Both the position numbers and the translations under genes were made by a program. Under the pieces are notes generated by a model that was not told the origin of the DNA, ran no database searches, and saw only the letters and a program-made list of their open reading frames with translations. A stretch of 64,000 nucleotides of DNA from Glycera tridactyla (lineage: Eukaryota). The stretch is from positions 50,158,001 to 50,222,000 of the forward strand of contig OZ286469.1 in assembly GCA_965644265.1 (NCBI GenBank), in the 5' to 3' direction. How positions within the stretch are numbered: the first letter of the stretch is position 1; every line of letters begins with the position of its first letter. This document shows positions 12,501 to 24,450 of this stretch, one piece after another.

Positions 12501-15500
12501 GGATGATTCTATTCTCACCCTCCACATATCAAGGTCAGAATTGTATGGAGTCAACATTCACATTCGGCGGAGTGATCGAGAAAAAAAACTGAGTAAACAG
12601 ATGAGCTCATCCTTTGTTGCTTGGATTTGGGTGATCCGGTTTACATTTGGGTGTTCCTAGTTCCGAAACTTGCTGCAAATCCAGTTCAAAAACTTGCTGC
12701 AGATCTAGCATGATAGATGAGCCCAGGTTCTGTTGTAGTTGGTGCATGGTGGTGTTCAGTCTCACCAGAGGATGCAGTGGGAACTGATCAACAAGCCGTT
12801 TCACTATGATTCCACTATGGTTTCACTATGATGAGGTTTGAGGTCTCACGTAGTCCCTGGAGGTGGTTGCCAATGTTGGAGAAATGATTCACCCCCATCC
12901 CCACTGCCGCTACGCCACTGCTGCTGTGTGTTATCGCAGCTGTCCATGTTCGTTTCTTTCTTGACTGGTCTCGGAACATGATCTAGGTTGACATTCACAC
13001 CTGCACCATTTTATCGCTTCTCTTACTCCCGCCGATCACCTAGCCTTGATTCTGCCCTCCAGCACCATCAGAAAGAGATCTAGTATACTATACCAGATTA
13101 GTCTTGACAGTTATACAAAAGCATCAGATACTTTGATTTTGTTAAGTGAATCCCTATAAGTACTTTATTGAGATGGCTGAGACTATCTTGAGTAGGGTTG
13201 TTGGAAAATCCCAACTCATCTTTTTGCCCATTGAACATGGCCACCATGTGTAATGTGTCCAAAAGGCACTGGAAAGACTGTACTTTTCTAACATTACATA
13301 CTGTGGGGCACATGAAAGAATGAAACATGGAAACTACCTCAGTTGGCCAATAAGGCATGTACAATCCTGCATAAGTAATTTCAGTGTGACCACAAAAAAT
13401 GGGAATATTACTGTCTGGATCTAAAGGGTGTGCGTGCGTGCATGCGTTTGTGTGTGTTGTGTGTGTGTGTGCATATGTGCAAATTTGAGTGGGTGTGGAT
13501 GTGGTGGGTGTTTGTGAATGCATGCATGCACACAGGGAGAAAATGCAAATGTGCATTTGTTTGTGATGAATAGTATGAACTGGGCTCCCCCCCCCCCCTC
13601 CCCCCTTCCCTTCTGTAAGTCGACCCTCTGGGGTGAAGGCAAGTTGACCCTCTGTGCAGTGATAAACTGTGCCCTGCTTTACACTCAGTATTGCTACATC
13701 ATCAGTTTTTGGCATGATTCATAGTACCTCACATTATCTGTTCACACTTGTACAGCAGCATCTACTCATAGGGCTGCATCAATTCACACCAGTGTCTACC
13801 CTAGTGAGTATTTATTTTCATCATAATGATAGATCATCAACATTATCTCAAAAACCCTTGCCATGCCCTGACTCATACTGCCACTACAGGTTGTGACTCA
13901 TCTACTGGTGATTAAAATGGGATCGCATAACAAAATTAACAAGATAAAAAGAAAAGCATCCAACTAGTGTATGTCTACTCTTATCTAAAAAGGGTCGAAG
14001 GGGAACGTTTTCACGATTTGGTAGGGTGAATATGGATCAGCACTATTGAGATGACTTATTCGTTATTTGTGAAGTTTTGAAATTCATCTCGAATTTTGTA
14101 CGCCAAATCACATGATAACATGTAATTCGGGTAGAATTCATACGGACTGATTTCGGAGAGGATATAATGTGTGGAATGAAATCAGACAATTCCAGTTTTG
14201 ATATCATGCAATCAGACATCCTTTGGGATGTCATACCCATGCAAATATTGTTAGAATTTTTCCGTGAATGAAGGATGGCATGTCTGAAAGGGGGTCAGAT
14301 AGAGCGGTTAGGAGTGATGTCGACTTGACTGGTACTGCATGCACAGGGAAGAGTGGGGATGGATCCCCACTCTTCCTTCATGGTGCTTGAAAGGATTTGA
14401 CATTTGGCTCACTAGACACAAGTTGACACCTGTCACTGTTGAGCACCGTGCTCTACATCTCATCTGTGCATCGCTGGAGGTCTCCCTAGGGCAATCCCGA
14501 AAAGTCTTGCCAACTCGAGCCCCAGGCTCAATCGAAATGTCATGCCAGAACCTCCCGAGAAAACTTGTTTTTCTGCATAATGAAGCAGGTCATTGCTATC
14601 AAAATGACTTGACAGACTGTGAATGAAGCCATTTATTATAGCAGTACCACGTGATGAGAGACCACCTGTTTCATAAGACCGTGCAATCATCACTTCCAAC
14701 ACAGTAATTGAAAACTATCCTCATTAGTTTTTTAATTGACACATAGCATGTGTAAATGAAGCAGCGTCATCTTTCTTGGATTCAAAGTAAAGTTTGTGAA
14801 TGTCATTAATGAGTTTAGATTCATTCCATCCACGAGGTGATGAAACGCAAGCGTGGATGCAGGAGTACAATCCGCGATGAGATATGAACCTACTTACACG
14901 GCTGAGATTATTTTTTATATGGCGGTGTAAGGCAACTCCAGTGCTGTAATTATTGTGTGTTATTAATGTTCACACGAAGAGCATGCCATTTGGGGATGAT
15001 AAGATGGCAGGCGAGGTGGGATGCGATGCCGCTGAGATGACAAAATGGCAAATCTACGACGGACGTTATCGGATCATCCGAGCCATAAAGAAACCATTGT
15101 CGGGGATTTATTTGACTGCAGTGTATTCGGCCTTGGGCAGATAGGTGGCATTCCAGCCCTGCACTTTCCCTCCCATGATCAGTGTTGGGGAAATTTCACG
15201 AAGTTGGGAGAATCCATGGAAACGTATCAATCATATCGCAATCATTATGACAATAGTTGTCCGCGTGTGGTGGTGGATTTGGTGAAAGTGGCGTCAGAGC
15301 CTCTTGTGGACCTCCATGAAATGGCCCCTTTAGGGTGGGCTTGACATCCATATTCCAGAATACTAAGAGAACTGGCAGAACCCAATAAACATGGGCGAAG
15401 CCAACCCCTGGATTAAGTACACTAATCTCACTGGTATCATAGATAATCTATGTGCACATCATCTGGCACATCTGATACTCCATATATATTCTCGGAATAT

Positions 15501-18500
15501 AGCAAGAATATATATGGCCGTGAAGTACAAATGCAATACTAAACGAGGTGTGAATTTTGCTAAATGACAACCAAGAAAGTTCAAACCAAGTTTCGTGTTG
15601 CGTTTTTGCTTCGCAGCCATATATTCTTGCTCATATCATATGGATTATGGGGGAAATCATCATAAAAAGTTCTCAGCTGTGAAGTATCACATGTGATACT
15701 CAATACCTGATACTTCACTGAGAATGTCACATCCATGTGATAATATACCTCTCCATCAAAACTTCATAACGCTATGGGGTTCTTCATTAGTAGTCCAAGC
15801 ATGGATGGACAGAATCTTATGAATCACTATAGTAGTCCAAAGTGATGATCATTGGAATTTCAGTATTTGCTTTTGAAGTTTGTGCTTTCTCACACCTACA
15901 CAGAATGCTAGGCTCAAAGAAATTTATGATGGCCCCAGAATATGTGAGTTTAGATGGTTAGGCTACTGCTAATGGTTTTGCATTAAATCTCATGTCTGAA
16001 TATATATACTCGTAACATCTGTTGGGGAGGACCCTGTCCACCGAGTGTGAAATTGCCGGCTGGTGGCTGGCGAGAACTTCAATGGATAATTCAATAAGCA
16101 TTTGTGCTGGATGATGGAAGTTAACCCTCCTCTTACCAAAGCTGTAATCCTCACTAATTTCTACCAGCATGGGAGCATGACAGACTGCCAGCATCGTGAA
16201 TTCTCCCTGCCACTGATTCTCGTACAATAGGGACTGATTGACTATGATGGACTCTAATTTCATCAGTGGATACAAATATCAACTATGAGTTTTATTCAAG
16301 AGATATGTGTCTGTTGTTAGGACAGACAGCCTTTTGATTCGGCAGTATAGACTTGGTGACTGACTTGAACTCAAATATGATAATTAATATAAGATCTAGC
16401 ATTTTGAGACTTAATTCACTCACATGCATATCTAGAAAATCGAAATTATTCCTCATGAGAAGGCAATTTGATGAATGCTACTGGGTGACCTTCCTCTTGC
16501 TCTGATTTTTTCCTGCAAATTCAGATGTTATGTCATTGGCCATGTTCGAAGTGGACGGCCGAATGGCCGGCGTTAGGAATGTGTTCAGAGCGGCATGCTA
16601 GCTTGTCAACGCTCCGTTTGATGAACGGCGAACCGCCGTTGATGGGCGTTGAAGCGCATCTTCAATCAATCTGAGATCCTGCGGCTGCCGCCTGGCATAT
16701 ATTTGCATTCTGAGCGGCAATATCCAAGTCATAAACTGTCTTGTCAGGAAGATATCATCGGAGCCCCGTCATTGTTAACCGATCACGGATGACAATTTCA
16801 GCACCTGAGACGAGCCGTCTTGGGAATCCACTGGCGCAGCGCCATCATTGCGCCTGCCTGGAATCTATTATCATTGGGGATGTGCTGCCGGGATTTGTGG
16901 CTTTAACGCATCCATACCCACGTCAGATTCCATGCAGCATGTCTTTAAATCAGTCCATGACGCGGATCCCTGATGTCTGCCTGTGAATGACGTCAGCACA
17001 CTTGTGTCTGGATTCTCACATCTAGAATTTTTCGATTGATCGGGTAGATTTTTTAACACAATAGATGTGAAATCAGAACGGAAAATCATCTGCCTGACCC
17101 TTTGATTCAAGCCAGTTTCGCCCCATGATTTGGAATTCAAATTTTGTTGCCTGCACATCACCCTCCTATATATCATGATTGTGCTCATTTTGGTGTAAAT
17201 GGAAATACATACATGTAAACTGACAACTTTGGCAGCAAAGATTGAAAGTTTTGATGTTTTTCAACATTTTGGACTGGTATTGATGGTGAAAGACAGAATG
17301 AGTTTGGGAAAGTCCAGCATCGTCCGAATTCAATCATTCAATGTGCCGGATGCCTGTGACCTATTATTCTGAATCGGATTCTGACATCTGGTGGCCATGA
17401 CCATTGATTATCGGTCAGCAGTGGCCTGTACCTCTCAGAACTCTCACTTTGATCTGATTGGCCCTTTTTTTCCTTCATCACTCGGGGCAAGGACAAATGC
17501 ATCACAAGTTTAGGCCAGCCTAGAGTCACTCAGGGGTGTTTACAGCTTGCCTCGGAGGCCAACCCCAAATAGCGATTTCCCATATCTCGATCATGCCTGC
17601 TGGGAGAGCTGCAGCCAGTTGTACTTCCCACTGCCTTCCTGCCGGTCAAATTTCTTTTTATGCAGAGAGATGTTTATGTAGAAAGTATTTTTATTAGCCG
17701 GGCATGGTGCCAATATTGATTACTTGTGGAATCATGTAGCTGCTCTAGGCCTGCCTACCGCTGCCACGTGTTCTGGGCCATGCTGCAGAAGAGAGCGTGT
17801 GTGAGGGAGGCAAGGCATGCTGCCGTGTTTGCCTCCATGAAGCTCCAGGTCTCCATATGCATGATGATCAGCATTGGGATTGTCCAGTCTCATTCAATGC
17901 CCTGCTGCCACCGTGTTTCTTTGGTCAATGGCAACGACAAATACTTCATTTGACATTGCCATTGAATGGACCTGCCCAGTACCTTGACCCTAGGGATAGC
18001 CTCTCTTTGAGCTCTCCACTAAAAATGAATGAAAGTGAAAATAATTTTGTGTACTTCGATAAAATCACATGGATTGGGGTACATGAAATTGTCAAATGCC
18101 ATGTGAAGACTCGATCAATTTTGCCAAAAGGCACAAACATTATCCTGAATCAGGAAATGCATGTATGTAATGAAGAGAGAAAAGTTTGATTACCAACCTA
18201 GAGATTATATGTGGAAAATTCGGCCCTTCATTTGCATATCCTATCCTACTCCCAGATTTGAACATGGACTATTTCAGCTGCATTATGAATCCTGCTGGGG
18301 TCTTTTATGACCAGTGGTTGATCTACCACCGCATTATAGACCATATGTACCCCACTTGAGTCGGTAATTTTAGAAGTAACTCTGCTTTTGTGTTGACTTC
18401 TGATGAACTCATTTTAAACTTGTTTCTCCAGCTTCAGAGAAAAGATTTTCTGAGTAGTATGTGCAGCTTGCCTTCTTCATAATTCACATGGAAGCGCACA

Positions 18501-20682
18501 TGTGGCTGACCGCTCAGCAGAAAAGGTCAACAATTCTCCAGTGTCCGGTCACTCGGGCACTGGCACCTCTAATCTGCTTCCAAACCATTTCAACTGCCAA
18601 TCCCGTAATGACCCTGGCTGTTATTTGCTGATAATTGCCTGCTGGAGGTTTTCACACCCTTGAAATAGAAACTCTCGCTGTTTCTCGTCCCGCTCTCATC
18701 TGGCTTGGATTACGCAGGATAACAATGCCACTTCGCCAACTATCTGCACAAATTGGAAACGTCCTTTTTACCGCACAAATTGGAATTGTCCCCCTTTACT
18801 TTCAGTTGTGCCACATCTTTCGTAGCCCATTGTTACATTTCGAAAGAGATGTATTTTTTTTGGTTTTTCCACCATGCTTAATGTCACACATGCATTCACT
18901 CATTCACTCACTCACCAACGTGTACCACATAGTCAAACACAATCCATTTTCTCTCATACTCTCTCAGACACACATACACACAGATACACACACTCACACN
19001 NNNNNNNNNNNNNNNNNNNNNNNNNNNNNNNNNNNNNNNNNNNNNNNNNNNNNNNNNNNNNNNNNNNNNNNNNNNNNNNNNNNNNNNNNNNNNNNNNNNN
19101 NNNNNNNNNNNNNNNNNNNNNNNNNNNNNNNNNNNNNNNNNNNNNNNNNNNNNNNNNNNNNNNNNNNNNNNNNNNNNNNNNNNNNNNNNNNNNNNNNNNN
19201 NNNNNNNNNACTAGCATATAGCAGGTAACCTGTGACTAATAAGTAATTAGGCATGGCTGAAGGGGGGCACCTTGTGGAGGTGGGAGAACCAACAGAGGGA
19301 GATGTGCATTACATGCAAACAATAGAGGCGTAAGCAGGAAGGTGATGGGTGGGTGGGTGGGCGGATGTGAGCAGGTGGACATCTGAGCTCCATGCCTGAA
19401 TCAGTTGCCCATCGGGCTAGCAACCTGATGCTGCCAACTCCACCATCACCGCCATCAAAAGCATCAGCAGCATCCCGGCCTGCCATCCTTTGCATCATCA
19501 TTATGTGCATCATTACCTAGCAACCGCTGNNNNNNNNNNNNNNNNNNNNNNNNNNNNNNNNNNNNNNNNNNNNNNNNNNNNNNNNNNNNNNNNNNNNNNN
19601 NNNNNNNNNNNNNNNNNNNNNNNNNNNNNNNNNNNNNNNNNNNNNNNNNNNNNNNNNNNNNNNNNNNNNNNNNNNNNNNNNNNNNNNNNNNNNNNNNNNN
19701 NNNNNNNNNNNNNNNNNNNNNNNNNNNNNNNNNNNNNNNCATGTGAGAGAAGCCCAGCTGCTGGTGGTACACCCGATGACAGAGTAGGAGTATAGAAACT
19801 CTGACAGGTATTTCACCGCTTACATGCGCACCAGTGAGAGCTAAGCATGATATGCATACACACGTCATATTACTCTTGTTTGGTTACACTCGTGCACGTT
19901 GTCAGACAAATATCTGTTTTCAAAATTAGCTCAGTTTACACAAAAAATATAAAATTGCCCACAAAGTTTTGAGAAAAAAAAACCAACAGTGCCCAGGCAT
20001 CGACGGTTGGTGTGTGCATACACTAACTCACACATGCAGGAGATAGAATATCTGGTCGAGCATTAGCTAGTTGGGCGCAGTGTTGGCGTGCAGTTTACCC
20101 TGGATCCACCTACAGGATATTGGATGGACCAATACATGCCATTATAATTGTTGATTCACATTTTGTTGATGAATTATGGATCTGGCCGATGAATAAGCCT
20201 CTGCCTGCCCACCCCGCCTGCTGCACTGATGGCAAATAGTAGCTGCCAGAAAAAAATGGCAGGCCGAACACAAACAGCGGATCGTGTTGTAGCAAGCTGG
20301 GATTTGCAAGGTAGCACTCGGGCGACGACTTTTGTGGCCGGGCACAGCAGAATGTTTCACCGGAAAGTGTCCACCTTTGGAAACATCACGTTCAATATTC
20401 AAATTCATTCTAGCCCATAAAGTGAGTGATGAATATTTTGTACTTTGCAATGCTGCCCTCGGTTCAAATGCATCTAATAGATTGAAGACAATCTGGAAAT
20501 ATTCTAGACAATGGAAAGCTTTTATGATAGAAGCAGTGTTCAATCTGTTTTCCAAGGATGTGATTATTTTTCCACAAATACAGCTTTCCGGGTATGTGAT
20601 GGAAGAAGCATCATTTTTTGAGTATTTTGGTTTTTAGATCATTGAAATTGGACCAGAATCAGTGAAGATAGAGCACCAAGTA

Positions 20683-21257
20683 CAGTCAAACCTGCTGTGA
20701 AGACTCTCTATAAAGGCCACCAGTGTATAAACTTAACAATTCTCATTCACCTGTCTGGAGGACCAGTGAAATTTTAAAAGTCACTGGTCCCCCCGGTATT
20801 TCACTGGTCCTCCCATTTTTCAACCAGATCTTTGAATCATCTGAAAATTGTGACATCCTATGTGTCTCACTTCAAAAATTAATGTAACAGGTTAGGTAAA
20901 ACAGTTTGAGGAACATTGATGGATATATGATTCAGAATTTGACTATCATTGCCCTGCAAGGGGTAGTTTTGGAGACGTTTCGGACATCTTCAGATTTTGT
21001 AAAGGTATCCAATTCACAGGATGGGGCACTTATAATTCACCAGTCAGGAGGACCAGTGAACTGGCCTGAAGTCACTGGTCCTCCCTCTTGATTCACCGGT
21101 CTCGGGCAGGAGGACAGGTGTTAAGTTTATACACTGGCCACCTGAACTGCGACTGGGGTAGTATTTTCAACAGTAAATGACCTCTATAAAGACCACCTGC
21201 TGATAAAGGCCACTTTTTTATGCGACCAAAGGCAGTCTCCATAGACAGGTTCGACTG
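20683..21257. mobile_element. MITE family A copy interrupted by a nested element
   Basis: TA|CAGTCAAACCTG at 20683 and CAGGTTCGACTG|TA ending at 21257. Removing 20721-21141 restores a family-A body (ataaaggccacctgaactgcgac...ttttcaacagtaaatgacctctataaagaccacc) matching 62830-63011. Confidence 0.88.
20721..21136. mobile_element. 416-bp non-autonomous DNA transposon (hAT-like CAGTG ends) nested in MITE A
   Basis: Perfect 18-bp TIR CAGTGTATAAACTTAACA / TGTTAAGTTTATACACTG. GCCAC is duplicated at 20716-20720 and 21137-21141. Subterminal GGAGGACCAGTGA / TCACTGGTCCTCC repeats occur at both ends. Confidence 0.9.
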
Positions 21258-22889
21258 TATCAGTTCCTCTTCGATTCATGGGATCAGAACGGAAGATTGG
21301 AAATCTGCTAACAGCTGTGGATGATAGGCTGTCTTTCCAAAGTGCAGAGATGCCAAATCCGGCTGATTTCTTGAAGGTCATTTATTGGATTTTGAAAATG
21401 AGCTGAGCTAGAAACTGACAGGTGATGTGTGTGTGAGGGTAACCAGATCTTACTCATCATTCCAACCTGGTACTTGTGAACTATGAGTAAGTATTGTGTA
21501 ATTACCCCTTGTCAGGAAAGATCATAAGTGAGTGAGTTATGTGTGTGTGTGTGAGGGGGGGGGGGGTACTCCTCACCCTCGTGTAGGTGCTCAGAGTGGC
21601 ATATTGGGGGAGGGGGGGGGGGGCGGTCACTCACTTTTCAAGGCAGTCAAGGGCCATGCTGCTCCCTTGATCAGCAGGAGGGTCTCACTTGAATTCCCTA
21701 ATGAGGGAATCCAATTGGGGATACTGATAAGAAATATCCCTATTCCTCATATATAGAGGGCGAATACCCTCCATTTTTGGAAAATCTGGATGCAAATTTG
21801 GTGCTATGAAGCCTAAGATTAGAACGTCACCATGATTTTCCCTGGGACCCCCCCCCCCCCCCTCCCTCTCCCTTCTCAGGAATATTAGCAGGTGCTTTGT
21901 CAGGCACCTGCCTAGCAGCTGGAAATGTCTGTGTTGATTTCTCATTCCCAGCTAAGGGACTCTCGGATTGGTTTTGAACATTGAAATAGACAAGTAATTG
22001 GTGCATTCATGGAATGTCAGCTCGCAGGTTGTGATTTTCATTTTGTTTTGGGCAGGATCCTTGACATGGAATATGGAACAGACATGGACTATTCCATCTC
22101 CTCAAGAGGCTGTCATCCTGAGCTCGTTAATAGGCATTAATTAACAAGCTCTACCTCACCGGCCAGGGAACACTGTTGCTTTTAGGGAAATCGTAATAAA
22201 GAATCCAAGATTATGATTAATATTTTGATGACGGAAGACACATAGCTGGTGTCCTCCTTAATCAATGTTCACAATCACACTCTGGTGAACTTCTACCTTG
22301 TGGTTAGACCGAGTTGTTTCAGCCATTTCGTGGGTGATAAACAATATGTCAGCCACTGTAGTCTCCTTATCAGTAACGCTGAGCATGGACGGAGTGGAAC
22401 ACCACTTCCACCATCACTTCCACCCCCACCCCCTTCACTCCGTCCAGAAAAGTCACCGTTCTGTATGATTCCAGTGCACCAGTGTCAGTAATAAGACCTT
22501 CACCTACCATCATCCTCTTTTTTCCATTTTCGCGAGTACATTACTAACGCTGTAGTGTATTTATAAATACACATCATTCGGTGATAAACTGAAAGCTGAA
22601 ACATTCGCAGCTGGTCAATCTCTTATTTCATGCTACCTTGATGGGCAGATGATTTCTTTGCTGATGTCACTCTGCCGAGTCCGCAAGGGTCATTCAACTC
22701 TCCTCAATCACCAGGTCCATTGGCTACAGCCTGCCTCCATTATGCAGGTTCAGGTGCCTACACAGAATAAAGGAGCCACTGAAGGGATACCCTGATATCC
22801 ATGGAGATTCCTGCCAACCTGAAGGCATTTGGGACAGGGCCAGGTCTGGGCAGAAAAGAGTATCTAGAACAAATGCTCAATATTGCACT

Positions 22890-23070
22890 CACTGAAATCT
22901 GCTACGAAAGACCCCTGATGAGAGACCACCTCAAATGGGAGACCTCCTCTGCAGGCAGCATCTCTATTTGACATAGTCATATGTATATATATCTCCAATG
23001 AGAGACCCCCTCTGTTGAGAGACCACTTGTTGGTTTGCTATAGGGTGGTTTCTTGTTGCACGTTTCACTG
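22890..23070. mobile_element. MITE family B (CAGTGAAAC-type TIR, degenerate left end)
   Basis: cactgaaatctg ... gtttcactg|TA, with internal GAGAGACC repeats. The core ctatttgacatagtca is the reverse complement of tgactatgtcaaatag in 29392-29567. Confidence 0.7.
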
Positions 23071-23616
23071 TATTTGAAATCCTGCTGGGAGTGTTGTGGT
23101 CGACTGATCAGACGTGTGGTGATTGGTGGAGAGATGACCTGCTGGGTGGTCAAGCTGGGATTGCTCTCACACTAAACAGCTTCCAGTCCCATCTCATCAA
23201 CCTGCTAACTTTCTCCCCAGCTGTGTAAGCCACATTTCACAGCCAGAAACTTGCATTTCTCTTAAGTCACTAACCCTATGATACTCACCTGGCTTTGAAA
23301 AACTCTTCAAAAATGATAAATGAAGCCTTTTCACCATGGGATGGAATGATGGTCACGGTTGCCATGGTGTTCTAAATACATACCGGTCATAGTCATCCTA
23401 CTTGCAGGGAAGTTATGATGAGCTATATGGACAAAAGAAAAGACACATTATGGGCTTGTATTTCTTGTCATTATTACCAAGCCACTAATTTCCTTGCTCA
23501 TGGCAAGTGTCATTCTTGAATGCTGGACGATTTTCTGCTGCAAGGCAGTCTGTGGTTGACTGAGTGTTGTTTCATGTCTTCTCAACACATATTGGGATAT
23601 ATAATATGATTCTTAG

Positions 23617-23870
23617 GCAATTTCCTTCACTTTATGGGAACCAATTCCACTGCATATATTTCAATACATGTACCTCATGACTAGCTGGATTCCCAGATGT
23701 TGGTTTTTGAATTCCAGCCCTATATGTGATGATCATGGGCATATATGAGACCATTGTTCAGCAGTTTCCTTCCATTTATTGGAACCAATTCCACCACAAA
23801 TACCAACATCGAGCTGGATTTCCAGATGTTGGTTTTTTTAATTCCAGCACCAAATCTGATGATCATGGGC
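23617..23870. repeat. Diverged tandem duplication of about 110-125 bp
   Basis: 23617-23740 and 23761-23870 share tttccttc...ggaaccaattccac...agctggattYccagatgttggttttt.aattccagc...tgatgatcatgggc. Confidence 0.8.
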
Positions 23871-24373
23871 TGCTAGAATTTCTGCCAGGGAGCTGCCTGT
23901 CAGGCTTCAGGCCACAAGCCATGCCACGGGTAGGTAGCCTGCAGCGTGGCTTCAACGTGGGTTTGCAGGCAGAGCAGGTAGCACGAGCCTCTTGTAAACA
24001 TGACCTAGATAAATAATCTGAGCTCATTCCAGATTATGCCACATCTCTCCTCCTCTCGGTCCGTCTCTCGGTCCTGTCTCTCGGGCAATCAATAGATCAG
24101 ATAGGACAAACACTGATCGCTAGGTACGTCATTGTTAGAACTGAGTCATCTATCGTCATCAGAGAACCACTGCGATTGGCTGCGCTATTAATCCCGCTGT
24201 GTGAGCAGAATGGGTGAGAGTTGGCGCGATGATGACTGTGAATGCGTGTTTTGTTCTGGTGCATTGAGCTGGATGCAGGAGTATGCATGCACATTCATGT
24301 TCAGACTTCATGTATAATGAATTCGGCCTCAGTGGGCCAACTCAGCTTGCTATAGATACGGCCATATCATGCG

Positions 24374-24375
<2 letters not shown>

Positions 24376-24442
<67 letters not shown>

Positions 24443-24450
24443 GTGTGTGT
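24376..24450. repeat. (TG)n microsatellite
   Basis: TG run with one interruption. Confidence 0.96.

Noticed and set aside
13098-13715. 205-aa minus-strand ORF (and similar CV/HT-rich or N-spanning ORFs)
   Set aside because: The openness comes from CA/TG microsatellites, G-runs or N-blocks, and there is no protein-like signal.
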